Assembly (NCBI GenBank): GCA_038067655.1
Contig: JBBTNS010000058.1
Location: 1 to 44,044, forward strand
Reading direction: 5' to 3'
DNA length: 44,044 nucleotides
From: Nitrospirota bacterium
Lineage (GTDB): Bacteria; Nitrospirota; Nitrospiria; SBBL01; SBBA01
Shown here: piece after piece, positions 9,668 through 18,357 of the stretch
How positions within the stretch are numbered: the first letter of the stretch is position 1
How the letters are laid out: the number at the start of each line of letters is the position of its first letter
Program-made: the position numbers and the translations under genes
The notes under the pieces: model-generated
Seen by the model: the letters and a program-made list of their open reading frames with translations, nothing else
The model's database searches: none
Told to the model about the DNA's origin: nothing

Positions 9668-10111
9668 ATGCAGCTTTATCTTTTATTTAATTTTATCCTG
9701 ATTATCTTTGGCTGTTTTTTGCCGTGGATTCACTCCGCCATTTTTGTCGTCCGCTTAAATGGCATAGAGATGCTGGATGGGCAAATCGTTTTTTTCGTTT
9801 CCCTTTTTGCGCTGTTTTTATCTTTCTACAAATGGTTTCGGAAACAACCCCCGCTTTGGAGTATGAATCTGCTTGCAGGTCTTATCATTATTGCCATTTG
9901 TGGATTGGAGCTCTACCAGTTTAGTATAAGCCGCTATCCGATTGGCCCGGGATTGTATATTTCGTTATTGGGCGGCATTCAAGTTTTTGGTTGTTCACTT
10001 CGTGGCCAATTCAATAGGGCATTAACCACCCCTGCCCCCGCAGCCGGCGTTCCGGCCTCCTTAACTAAGGAGGGGAGTAAAAGCAAGAAGGATGAAGATG
10101 TTTCAAACTAA
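9668..10111 (+). CDS. Hypothetical membrane protein (about 4 TM)
   Basis: FLPW motif and hydrophobic segments; the C-terminal tail runs through a REP-like hairpin. Confidence 0.65.
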   Translation: MQLYLLFNFILIIFGCFLPWIHSAIFVVRLNGIEMLDGQIVFFVSLFALFLSFYKWFRKQPPLWSMNLLAGLIIIAICGLELYQFSISRYPIGPGLYISLLGGIQVFGCSLRGQFNRALTTPAPAAGVPASLTKEGSKSKKDEDVSN

Positions 10112-11012
10112 AGCGTTATTAAAAGATTTGGACAAAATAATTTGGGGGCGAGGCTCAGGCCCCATGGTGATTAGAATCACGCTCCTGATGATCATTGGCT
10201 TCTTAGCCGCGCGTTTTATCCGTTTATTTTTAACCCGGTTAGAGCGTGCTTTATTATCTAAAAATGGATCCTCCGATCCGATCATTAATAAACGCATGTC
10301 CACGTTGTTTGGCATGTTCCGGGCAGTGTGTCGTCTTTCCATTTGGGTCACCGTTCTTATTTTTTGTCTGGACCAAATGGGGGTGAATATCGGCCCGATC
10401 TTAGCAGGTGCCGGAATTGTCGGGTTGGTTCTCGGATTGGGAGCGCAAAATCTCATTCGAGACTGGATTGCCGGTTTTTTTATCATTGTGGAAGGACAAA
10501 TTCATCTGGGGGATACCGCGGTGATCAACAGTGTTGAAGGCTTGGTCGAAGGAATTACGTTTCGCACCATCACATTGCGGGACACGTCTGCGGTGGTTCA
10601 TTATTTTTCAAACGGTTCAATTGCCTCGTTGGCCAATCGAACCTGCGGATGGTCGGCCTATGTCGTGGAGGTCGCCATTTCCTACAAAGAGGATATCGGC
10701 AAGGTGATTGAGCAGATGCAATTGGTTGCTGACGCAATGAGGGCCGAGACGATCTACCAAAACTCTTTTTTAGAGACAGTCGGGCCACTTTCGCAAAGTT
10801 CTTCTTTCCATGCGATTGAGATTTTTGGCGTGGAAACATTCGGAGATTCTGGCGTGACGATTCTTTCTCGGATTAAAACCAAACCGGGCGCACAATGGGC
10901 GATTGGCCGAGAGTATCGCCGCAGATTAAAGAATCAATGCGATACAATGGGTGTCACACTGATGGCCCCGCATCGGGACACGCTGGTGAAGCTAAAACAG
11001 ATTTCATCGTAG
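10092..11012 (+). CDS. Small-conductance mechanosensitive channel (MscS family)
   Basis: PILAGAGIVGLVLGLGAQNLIRD, GFFIIVE and IKTKPGAQW motifs. Confidence 0.92.
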   Translation: MKMFQTKALLKDLDKIIWGRGSGPMVIRITLLMIIGFLAARFIRLFLTRLERALLSKNGSSDPIINKRMSTLFGMFRAVCRLSIWVTVLIFCLDQMGVNIGPILAGAGIVGLVLGLGAQNLIRDWIAGFFIIVEGQIHLGDTAVINSVEGLVEGITFRTITLRDTSAVVHYFSNGSIASLANRTCGWSAYVVEVAISYKEDIGKVIEQMQLVADAMRAETIYQNSFLETVGPLSQSSSFHAIEIFGVETFGDSGVTILSRIKTKPGAQWAIGREYRRRLKNQCDTMGVTLMAPHRDTLVKLKQISS

Positions 11013-11015
11013 TCA

Positions 11016-12500
11016 ATGAATTATACAACACTAACACGCGGCGATATTTTGCTGATCGGATGTTACGAGCTGGGACATCCGCCGTTTTCTCTCGCATTGT
11101 TGTCCGGTTTTTTAGAGCATGCAAACTTCCCAGTGGATACTGCTGATCTTGCCATTCACGCTTTTCCAAAAGAAAAAATCATGCGTGCAAAAGTAATAGG
11201 GATTTCTGTCCCGATGCACACCGCTTTAAGAATTGGCGTGAAGGCGGCCTTGCTTTCGCGAGAAATCAATCCGAATTGCGCCATTGTTTTTTTCGGACTC
11301 TATGCCTCGCTCAACGCTGATTTTCTATTAAGCGACTTCAGCGATCATGCCCCGGCCGATTTTGTTATTGGTGGAGAATGTGAAGAAGCCTTTGTCAGTC
11401 TGATTGAAGCCATTCTTAATCATACGAATACTGCGATTCCCGGCGTCAGTCAGAAAAACGTGATCAGTCCCCCGTCGCTCCGCCTTCACTCTATCGCTCC
11501 GCCTTCTCGCACGACCTTATCTCCGCTGTGCGAATACGCGCGCCTTGAAAAGGATGGGAAAACGTATCTGGCTGGCTACGTGGAGGCGTCTCGCGGATGC
11601 CGACATCTCTGCCAGCATTGTCCCATCCCGCCGGTCTACGAAGGACGATTCACCATTATTCCAGAAGAGATCATACAAAATGATATTGCAACACAAGTTG
11701 CGATGGGGGCCGAACACATCACTTTTGGTGATCCTGATTTTCTGAATGGGCCGAATCACTCAATGAAGATTGTTAGGAAGATGCACGAAAAATTTCCGCA
11801 TCTCACGTTTGATTTTACGGCCAAGATTGAACATGTGTTGCTCTATAAAGAGCTTTTGCCGGAGTTCTCCGCACTCGGCTGTATTTTTATTATCTCCGCA
11901 GTAGAATCCCTAAACAATACGGTGCTTGATGTTTTGAAAAAAGGGCATACACGCACCGATGTCATTTCTGCGGTCAAATGGGTTCATCAAGCCGGCATTG
12001 CGCTTCGTCCCTCTCTTGTCCCCTTTACGCCATGGGAGACGCTGGATAGCTACCTTGATCTTTTTGACTTTGTCGAGCATTACCAATTGATTCATCATAT
12101 AGACCCAGTCCAATATACAGTTCGATTACTGATTCCTCCGGGATCGCTCTTGATTTCCGAGCCGAGAATGGAACCCTATCTTGGGCCGCTGGTGCAGGAA
12201 TCGTTTAGCTATCGGTGGGCGCATCCGGATACGCGAATGGATCGTTTACAAAAACAGATCAGCCGAGAAGTCGAACAAATGACGGCGGCTCATGCAAGCA
12301 CCCAAGAGATTTTCTATCAATTAAAAGCCTGCGTGATCGCTATGGCGGAGGGCCGGTCGGTTGTGCAGGTTTCGCTTGCCCCGCCTGCTGTGAGGGTGGG
12401 GCCCCCTGTCGCTGCTCATGTGCCCCCTAAAATGACGGAGTCGTGGTTTTGCTGTTCGGAGCCGACAGAAAACCAGATGGGGAAATTAGAGGTGCAGTAG
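11016..12500 (+). CDS. CUAEP/CCAEP-tail family radical SAM protein (B12-binding-like N-terminal domain)
   Basis: CRHLCQHC radical SAM motif, CYELGH, SVPMHTALR, HITFGDPDFLNG and C-terminal TESWFCCSEP. Confidence 0.85.
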   Translation: MNYTTLTRGDILLIGCYELGHPPFSLALLSGFLEHANFPVDTADLAIHAFPKEKIMRAKVIGISVPMHTALRIGVKAALLSREINPNCAIVFFGLYASLNADFLLSDFSDHAPADFVIGGECEEAFVSLIEAILNHTNTAIPGVSQKNVISPPSLRLHSIAPPSRTTLSPLCEYARLEKDGKTYLAGYVEASRGCRHLCQHCPIPPVYEGRFTIIPEEIIQNDIATQVAMGAEHITFGDPDFLNGPNHSMKIVRKMHEKFPHLTFDFTAKIEHVLLYKELLPEFSALGCIFIISAVESLNNTVLDVLKKGHTRTDVISAVKWVHQAGIALRPSLVPFTPWETLDSYLDLFDFVEHYQLIHHIDPVQYTVRLLIPPGSLLISEPRMEPYLGPLVQESFSYRWAHPDTRMDRLQKQISREVEQMTAAHASTQEIFYQLKACVIAMAEGRSVVQVSLAPPAVRVGPPVAAHVPPKMTESWFCCSEPTENQMGKLEVQ

Positions 12501-13463
12501 ATGAAAACAGACGGCCTTCCAAGTTCGCCCCCTTCACCTTCTTTTCATGGAATGATGGGGTCTTCCCCAATTGTCCAGGACCTCTTTACTTCTATCCGAA
12601 AGGTTGCCCGAACGGATGTTTCTGTTTTTCTCATTGGAGAGAACGGAACGGGAAAGGAACTCGCGGCTCGTGCGATTCATCAAGAAAGCGGCCGAAGGAA
12701 CAATCCTTTTGTTGCGATTAATTGTGCGGCCATCCCTGAGGCTCTGTTAGAGAGTGAGCTTTTCGGCCATGAGAAAGGGGCCTTTACCAGTGCGAACGAA
12801 AAGCGGGAAGGAAAGATCAGCACCGCTGCCGGGGGAACGCTTTTCTTAGATGAGGTCGGGGAGGTCTCGCTGAATGTACAAGTCAAGCTGCTTCGGTTTG
12901 TTCAAGAACATGTGATCGAGCGCGTGGGAGGCCAGGTGCCGGTCAAGGTGGACATCCGCGTGATTGCGGCGACCAACCGGAATTTAATAGAGGCGATTTC
13001 CATGGGTCAATTCAGGGAGGATCTCTATTACCGATTATGCGTGGTTACATTGACCCTTCCTCCGCTTCGGGAAAGGGGACGCGATATTGCCCTTTTGGCC
13101 CAGGCCTTTCTTAATCGTTTCAATAAGGAGATGGGGAGTCCCATTACAGGTTTTAGCCGGGAAGCATTGGATGCTATTCTGACCTATCCTTGGCCAGGGA
13201 ATATTCGGGAAATGGATAATAGAATTAAGCGGGCCATTATCATGGCAGAAGGAACCGAATTGACACCAAACGATCTAGGACTAAAATCCGCAAGTGAGGA
13301 TAAAGGTAACGATCTACAAGGTGCACGCGATGCCACGGATCGGCAGATGATCCAACGGGTGCTTGATCGGAACGATGGAAACATTTCTAAAAGCGCCAGA
13401 GAACTTCATATTAGCCGCCCCACCCTCTACAATCTCATAGAAAAACACAAGATAAAACTGTAA
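12501..13463 (+). CDS. Sigma-54 enhancer-binding protein (AAA+ plus Fis-type HTH) with no receiver or sensor domain
   Basis: [46 protein letters not shown] and ISRPTLY motifs; only about 15 aa precede the AAA+ region. Confidence 0.92.
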   Translation: MKTDGLPSSPPSPSFHGMMGSSPIVQDLFTSIRKVARTDVSVFLIGENGTGKELAARAIHQESGRRNNPFVAINCAAIPEALLESELFGHEKGAFTSANEKREGKISTAAGGTLFLDEVGEVSLNVQVKLLRFVQEHVIERVGGQVPVKVDIRVIAATNRNLIEAISMGQFREDLYYRLCVVTLTLPPLRERGRDIALLAQAFLNRFNKEMGSPITGFSREALDAILTYPWPGNIREMDNRIKRAIIMAEGTELTPNDLGLKSASEDKGNDLQGARDATDRQMIQRVLDRNDGNISKSARELHISRPTLYNLIEKHKIKL

Positions 13464-13480
13464 AAAGTGTAAAGTATTGC

Positions 13481-13605
13481 GTAAAGTTATTTTACAGTTT
13501 AATTTTTATTAAACAGTATAAATAACTTATTGCTTTTATTTATATATTTTTTATAAATGAATTGTTTTTAAATAAACATTCGCTAGTAGAGTAAAAATAA
13601 TTTAC
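13481..13605. promoter_or_regulatory. Two candidate upstream activator sites GTAAA-N5-TTTAC
   Basis: GTAAAGTTATTTTAC at 13481-13495 and GTAAAAATAATTTAC at 13591-13605, in an AT-rich spacer. Confidence 0.7.
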
Positions 13606-13639
13606 ATTTTTACTGCTAAAAAATAAAAAATACATTTAT

Positions 13640-13652
13640 AATCAATGTGTTA
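13640..13652 (+). promoter_or_regulatory. IHF binding site
   Basis: AATCAATGTGTTA is an exact match to WATCAANNNNTTR, with an A-tract upstream. Confidence 0.7.
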
Positions 13653-13656
13653 TGAA

Positions 13657-13671
13657 TGGCCCAGTCTATGC
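13657..13671 (+). promoter_or_regulatory. Sigma-54 (-24/-12) promoter
   Basis: TGGC-CCAGTCT-ATGC has the required GG-N10-GC spacing and lies next to the IHF site and palindromes. Confidence 0.75.
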
Positions 13672-13760
13672 TGCTACCTATAATATGTGGGCTTTTGGGG
13701 TCCACATTGACCCATGGGGAGGCTAAAAAAGAAGCGGTATATAACAACAAGGAGGTTACT

Positions 13761-14126
13761 ATGAATACGAAGATAGAAGAAAAAATGTCTCGAAAAATCT
13801 ATTCTGTTCAATCATACGAAAGCGTTTTAGACGTGGCCCGGCAGATGGCGGCAAGGAAAATAGGCAGTCTGTTGGTGACCCAAGAGGGGAAATATACCGG
13901 GATTATCACCGAAGGCGATATTGTCCGAAAGGTTGTAAGTAATGACGCTCCCCCAGGAGAAACGCTCGTATCCTCCGTTATGACAACATCGCTTATTACA
14001 ATTGAGTCAGATGACTCCCTTTCTGAGGCGTCCAGCATAATGAAAAAGAACAATATTCGTCATCTTGTCGTGACAAAGCGTGGGGGTATTGTGGCTGTTA
14101 TTTCTGCGGGCGATCTGCTGCAATGA
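13761..14126 (+). CDS. Stand-alone CBS-domain pair protein
   Basis: KIGSLLV, GIITEGDIVRKV and NIRHLVV motifs; AAGGAGG RBS before the ATG at 13761. Confidence 0.88.
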   Translation: MNTKIEEKMSRKIYSVQSYESVLDVARQMAARKIGSLLVTQEGKYTGIITEGDIVRKVVSNDAPPGETLVSSVMTTSLITIESDDSLSEASSIMKKNNIRHLVVTKRGGIVAVISAGDLLQ

Positions 14127-14148
14127 GTTGCTCAAAGAAGAACGTGAA

Positions 14149-14172
14149 GGGCACCTATAGAAACCCGTCACG
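14149..14172. mobile_element. Solo end of the GGGCACCTCTA MITE family
   Basis: GGGCACCTATAGAAACCCGTCACG closely matches the element end GGGCACCTCTAAAAACCGTCACG. Confidence 0.6.
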
Positions 14173-14187
14173 ATAGGAGGGCGTGCC

Positions 14188-14391
14188 ATGGAATACACAG
14201 CGATGGAAGTCCAAAGTGTTTTAAGGAACGATGAGAACCTCTTTGTGAAGAAGAAAATCGATCGTGCCAAGGAGGATGCCACGTCAGAGAGGCGGGCAGT
14301 TTCCGTGGCCGATAGTATCAAAATTTCAAAAGAGGGTTTGGATAAGTTAATCAAGTTGCAGCGGATACAAGCGGCAAACACAGGGGAATAA
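14188..14391 (+). CDS. Small hypothetical protein (67 aa)
   Basis: AGGAGG RBS; charged sequence containing DSIKISKEG; lies within the sigma-54 operon. Confidence 0.65.
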   Translation: MEYTAMEVQSVLRNDENLFVKKKIDRAKEDATSERRAVSVADSIKISKEGLDKLIKLQRIQAANTGE

Positions 14392-14415
14392 ACGTGAAGG
14401 ATATGGGTTAAGAAA

Positions 14416-15510
14416 ATGGAGCCGATCAAGACAAAGCAGGACTTGGAAAAAGAGAGATTAGAAAAGATTGCTAGAGAAAAATCGGCAAGAGAGATGGAGG
14501 CACTCAATGCCTTGCTTGCCCGTATTCCAAAAGGGCCACATGCGGCGGAGTACATTCCTATTCAAAAGGCCGTAGGGAGGGTTCTTTTTGAAGAGGTGGT
14601 TGCCGTTATGGATGACCCTCCCTATTCCAAGTCCTGTGCTGATGGATATATTTTGCTTCCTTCCGGAACGGCCTTGGCTTCGCCAAAAAGGCCGCTGACC
14701 TTTGAAGTGCAAGGGGATATCCCTCCACCTTCCAGTATGACGGAGCTTCCTTTTGGAAAGGCCCTAAGGGTTAAGAATGGGAGCTATATGTCCATCAGGC
14801 GGTTTTTGGAGGCCCATTATGCGGTGTTGAAGGCATCCGAAACAGAGGAAAAGGAGAATAAAATTGCTGTCACCCGTTTTATAGACAAACATGAAAATAT
14901 TTCTATTCAAGGATCGGTCTTTAAACTCGGAAGGGTCCTTTTTTCAAAGGGACATCGCATTTTGTCGCAAGATTTATTTACACTGGCCAGTCAGGGGATT
15001 ACCACGGTGACGGTGGTAAAGCCTCCCACGGTGGCCTTCTTCTCAACGGGGGCAGAGCTTCTCCCCGCTACGGAGCCTTATCGAATCGGCTTTAAATACG
15101 ACTGTAATGCCTATGGTCTTTCTGCAATGATTGAGGGAGGGGGCGGGATTCCGGCATTTTTTGGCATTATGCCTAATCACCTTCCTTCTTTTATCAATAA
15201 ATTAGCAGGGGCCATTAACGCGGAGGATGTGGCGGCGGTCGTCATCTCCGGGGCGATGCTTGCCGAGGGGGGTAAATTTGCGGAGAACTTGATCAGTGGG
15301 GCATCGGTCGTTGGATTAACCAATCCAGGGGAGATTGTGAGTGCGATGCAAAACGCCATTGTTCCGGCGGATAAAATAAGACCCATCGTCTTGGGGGTCT
15401 TAGGGAAAAAGCCTGTTATTTGCCTATCCGGGAAGCCCTCTGATGCTGCAGAAGCGTTTCGGATTTTTGTTTGGCCGGTTCTATCGCATCTGTTAGGAGA
15501 ATGTAAGTAG
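14416..15510 (+). CDS. Degenerate MoeA/gephyrin-E-like protein lacking domain IV
   Basis: GRVLFEEVVA..DDPPYSKSCADGY, VAFFSTGAEL and KPVICLSGKP align with MoeA domains I-III; the ORF ends there. Confidence 0.75.
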   Translation: MEPIKTKQDLEKERLEKIAREKSAREMEALNALLARIPKGPHAAEYIPIQKAVGRVLFEEVVAVMDDPPYSKSCADGYILLPSGTALASPKRPLTFEVQGDIPPPSSMTELPFGKALRVKNGSYMSIRRFLEAHYAVLKASETEEKENKIAVTRFIDKHENISIQGSVFKLGRVLFSKGHRILSQDLFTLASQGITTVTVVKPPTVAFFSTGAELLPATEPYRIGFKYDCNAYGLSAMIEGGGGIPAFFGIMPNHLPSFINKLAGAINAEDVAAVVISGAMLAEGGKFAENLISGASVVGLTNPGEIVSAMQNAIVPADKIRPIVLGVLGKKPVICLSGKPSDAAEAFRIFVWPVLSHLLGECK

Positions 15511-15590
15511 GGGTAGAGACCTCTTGCTGATTTCGGTCGCTGTGCGAAGCGTTCTGCCTTCCGCAGCAATTTTAAAAAGGAGGTAGAAAG

Positions 15591-16022
15591 ATGAGTAAAA
15601 CAATCATGATTGCCGATGATTCGGCTTCTATGCGATCGCTTGTAAAAGAATGCTTGGAGGGGTTGGACGTGGAAATAATCGAAGTGACCAATGGCTACAA
15701 GGCACTGAAGGCCCTGACACAGCATCATTTTGACTTGATGATTCTTGATATCAATATGCCCGAGATGAGTGGATTGGAGGTATTGGGCTTTACTAAAAAA
15801 CACGAATCTTATAGAGAGATTCGCATCATTATCATTTCGACTGACCACAACGAGGCGGATGTTAAAAAGGGGCTTGCCCTGGGGGCAGACCGATACCTTA
15901 TAAAACCTTTTCAGATGGAAAGAATGAGAAGTGAAGTCTCTGAGATGATGGCAAACGATCATCCAATTCCCGTTGTAACCGACCGTCTGGCGTTATTGCA
16001 TACCAACTGGAGTCAGTTTTGA
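15591..16022 (+). CDS. Single-domain response regulator (CheY-like)
   Basis: IMIADDS, LDINMPEMSG and YLIKPF motifs; AAGGAGG RBS. Confidence 0.9.
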   Translation: MSKTIMIADDSASMRSLVKECLEGLDVEIIEVTNGYKALKALTQHHFDLMILDINMPEMSGLEVLGFTKKHESYREIRIIIISTDHNEADVKKGLALGADRYLIKPFQMERMRSEVSEMMANDHPIPVVTDRLALLHTNWSQF

Positions 16023-16061
16023 TGTAAGAGGCCAGCTTGCAGGGCCGACGGTTTTCATATT

Positions 16062-16730
16062 TTATGATGGAATAATCTCTCGGAAATCTCGGATAGATGT
16101 AAAGGTTTCTGAATCTTTTGGCGGAATCTGACTGCTGGCGTAACTTTTATACAAAAGATGTAAAATGCCAAACTGCTGCGCCATTTTCATCACTTCTTCG
16201 TTATCGTCCACAAATAATGAACGATCGTTATCAAACCCTAAAATCCCTTGAGCAACCTTCCAATAGCCAATATCTTCCTTCGGGAAACCCGCTTCGTTTG
16301 CGGAGATGATTTTTTCAAAATAGCGCGAAAGCGGTGCATGCGATAATTTAATCTCGACCGATTTTGAATGGGCATTGGTCAAAAGAGCCACTTTTTTTTT
16401 GCTCTCTTTTAAAAATTCAAGGAACAAAATGACTCCATCATGCACACGAATACGATGGGTAACCGTTTTTTTTAGCACTTGAATATCAAAGCCAAATTGC
16501 CTCGACCAGAAATGAATATCGCTCCATGCCAGCTTTCTTGCTTGTGATTGATACAGCGGGTAAATCTCAACTTTGGCCGCATCAACCGAGATATGATTAA
16601 GCGCCGCGAATTTCTCAGGGATCAGCTCTTCCCAGAAATAATCGTCAAAATATTTATCAAGCAGCGTGCCGTCTAAATCAAGCAGTACAAAATCAATCGC
16701 GTCCCATGGAACCTTTTTATTGTGGATCAT
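16062..16730 (-). CDS. HAD hydrolase, YrfG-like GMP/IMP nucleotidase
   Basis: LLDLDGTLLDKYFDDYFW, LTNAH, GFPKE and LFVDDN motifs. Confidence 0.85.
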   Translation of the reverse strand: MIHNKKVPWDAIDFVLLDLDGTLLDKYFDDYFWEELIPEKFAALNHISVDAAKVEIYPLYQSQARKLAWSDIHFWSRQFGFDIQVLKKTVTHRIRVHDGVILFLEFLKESKKKVALLTNAHSKSVEIKLSHAPLSRYFEKIISANEAGFPKEDIGYWKVAQGILGFDNDRSLFVDDNEEVMKMAQQFGILHLLYKSYASSQIPPKDSETFTSIRDFREIIPS

Positions 16731-16821
16731 GTTGCCATTGTATGGGAGGTTTCATTCTGCTGTCAAAAGTGTACCTCAGCGACGCTAATGGAGGTGTTGG
16801 TAGAATCTATGTAAAAAAAGA

Positions 16822-18333
16822 TTAGGAAACACTCCGAATCTCATAGAGGAACAGTTGCTGGGGCACATTGCTGAAGAGACCTGCTTGCCATTTCGCTACC
16901 AGGGTGTGGCGTGATTGAAGTGCTTTAGTATTAATATCGGAACAGTTGGTGGGTTTACATAAAAATAACAACTGGACACTCCTTTCATTCTCTGCAATGA
17001 CACTACAGCTTTTCTCCCCAAATAATAAGCGGCTATTCGTATCGGGCCTGCGGCATATCACACGGGATCCCCCATCGTTTTCTGCAATGGTCTCCCAGAG
17101 CCGTACGGAACCTGCCTTTCGATAGAAGTCTAATGGTATCCCGATATCCGCCTCCGTTGTTACGACGGTTATGGAGCCATATTTCCTATCAATCTGTTCT
17201 GCTGCGTCACGAAATGACACCCGTTTGTTATCTTGGAACGCCCCCGGGAGAGCCGCAGACATCCAGATCAGCAGGGCCAACAAAAAACAGCCAGCCAGAC
17301 GCCTGGGGAGGGTTGAAAGGCATAATCCAATCGTCCCGACAAACACAATTTTTGTCCCGATCAATTGGCGTACAACAAAAAGGGATTGAGGTCCCCATAT
17401 GGACAGGGCGTAGACAACCATAGGGAGTCCAAAGCCAATGGAAAATAAGAGTAAATGATTCGCCGGCAGGGTTTTCGATAGGGCAAGGTGTTTTATGTAT
17501 GCTGTCCCGATCATTCCCAATAGAATAAATAACCAACGGGCTGACACTCCCTGGATTTGGCCAAACACCACAAAGTAGCTCCATAAGAAGTCCTCGGGTG
17601 TCGGTCGAGAGATCCATGAGATCTGGGGCAGCGGGTTATCTCCACTTGAGAGTGCCGAACCAAATGCCGCGATAAACCAGGGCAAGATGAGGGCACTTCC
17701 AACGGAGCCATACAGAAGAATCTTCAGGCGTTTTGATGGGGCGTAAAAGAGTGCAAAGCAAATTTGCAAGGCAATCATGAGTGCCGACAGATATTGAGCA
17801 CATAACAAGAGCCCACACGATAGGGCCCAAACCACTAGGCGCTTGTGTTCATCTGCGGCCTCCTCCATGACTCGCATAAAGGCCAGTAAATTGACTGTAG
17901 AGAGAAGAGCGATTAAGGCATAGGGACGTGCCGGTTGCTCCAGGGAAATGAATAACGGACTGAATGCAAGGATTGAGAGCAGACCGAGGGCAAGCCAAAG
18001 AGAAACAAACCGGCGCAGCAGCATGTACGACAAGCAAAGAAAGCCGCACGAGAATAACACACTCAGTAACCGCGCCGATTCCTCAGAGGAGCCAAACACA
18101 TTGATCCACAGGTAAAGAGAAAAATAATAGAGCGGAGGGTGCGATGTGTCTTGCAAAGCCTCTTCAAGCACGCCTGTAAGCGGTTTACTCGCAATTTTGA
18201 CTGATAATATTTCATCCACATGGAAAGCATAATGCACATCGTGTAGACGTGCGGCCAAGCCTGCTAAAACAATAAGAAAAAAGACAATATACTCTCCTCT
18301 GATTGTACGCTTCATCTTCACAGATATCTCCAC
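16822..18333 (-). CDS. GT-C fold integral membrane glycosyltransferase (PMT/ArnT-like)
   Basis: DE in the first loop (HVDE), HPPLYY and ARPYAL motifs; many TM helices. Confidence 0.82.
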   Translation of the reverse strand: MEISVKMKRTIRGEYIVFFLIVLAGLAARLHDVHYAFHVDEILSVKIASKPLTGVLEEALQDTSHPPLYYFSLYLWINVFGSSEESARLLSVLFSCGFLCLSYMLLRRFVSLWLALGLLSILAFSPLFISLEQPARPYALIALLSTVNLLAFMRVMEEAADEHKRLVVWALSCGLLLCAQYLSALMIALQICFALFYAPSKRLKILLYGSVGSALILPWFIAAFGSALSSGDNPLPQISWISRPTPEDFLWSYFVVFGQIQGVSARWLFILLGMIGTAYIKHLALSKTLPANHLLLFSIGFGLPMVVYALSIWGPQSLFVVRQLIGTKIVFVGTIGLCLSTLPRRLAGCFLLALLIWMSAALPGAFQDNKRVSFRDAAEQIDRKYGSITVVTTEADIGIPLDFYRKAGSVRLWETIAENDGGSRVICRRPDTNSRLLFGEKSCSVIAENERSVQLLFLCKPTNCSDINTKALQSRHTLVAKWQAGLFSNVPQQLFLYEIRSVS

Positions 18334-18357
18334 GGACTGTTAATAGCGTTCAGTCGT

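Noticed and set aside
12440-12470. Possible selenocysteine in the radical SAM tail
   Set aside because: The codons are TGC TGT; there is no in-frame UGA.
13656-13760. Apparent signal peptide on the CBS protein
   Set aside because: The upstream ATG lies inside the sigma-54 promoter; the strong RBS marks 13761 as the start.
14007-15962. Long minus-strand ORFs (182 aa and 261 aa)
   Set aside because: They are antisense shadows of well-supported plus-strand genes.
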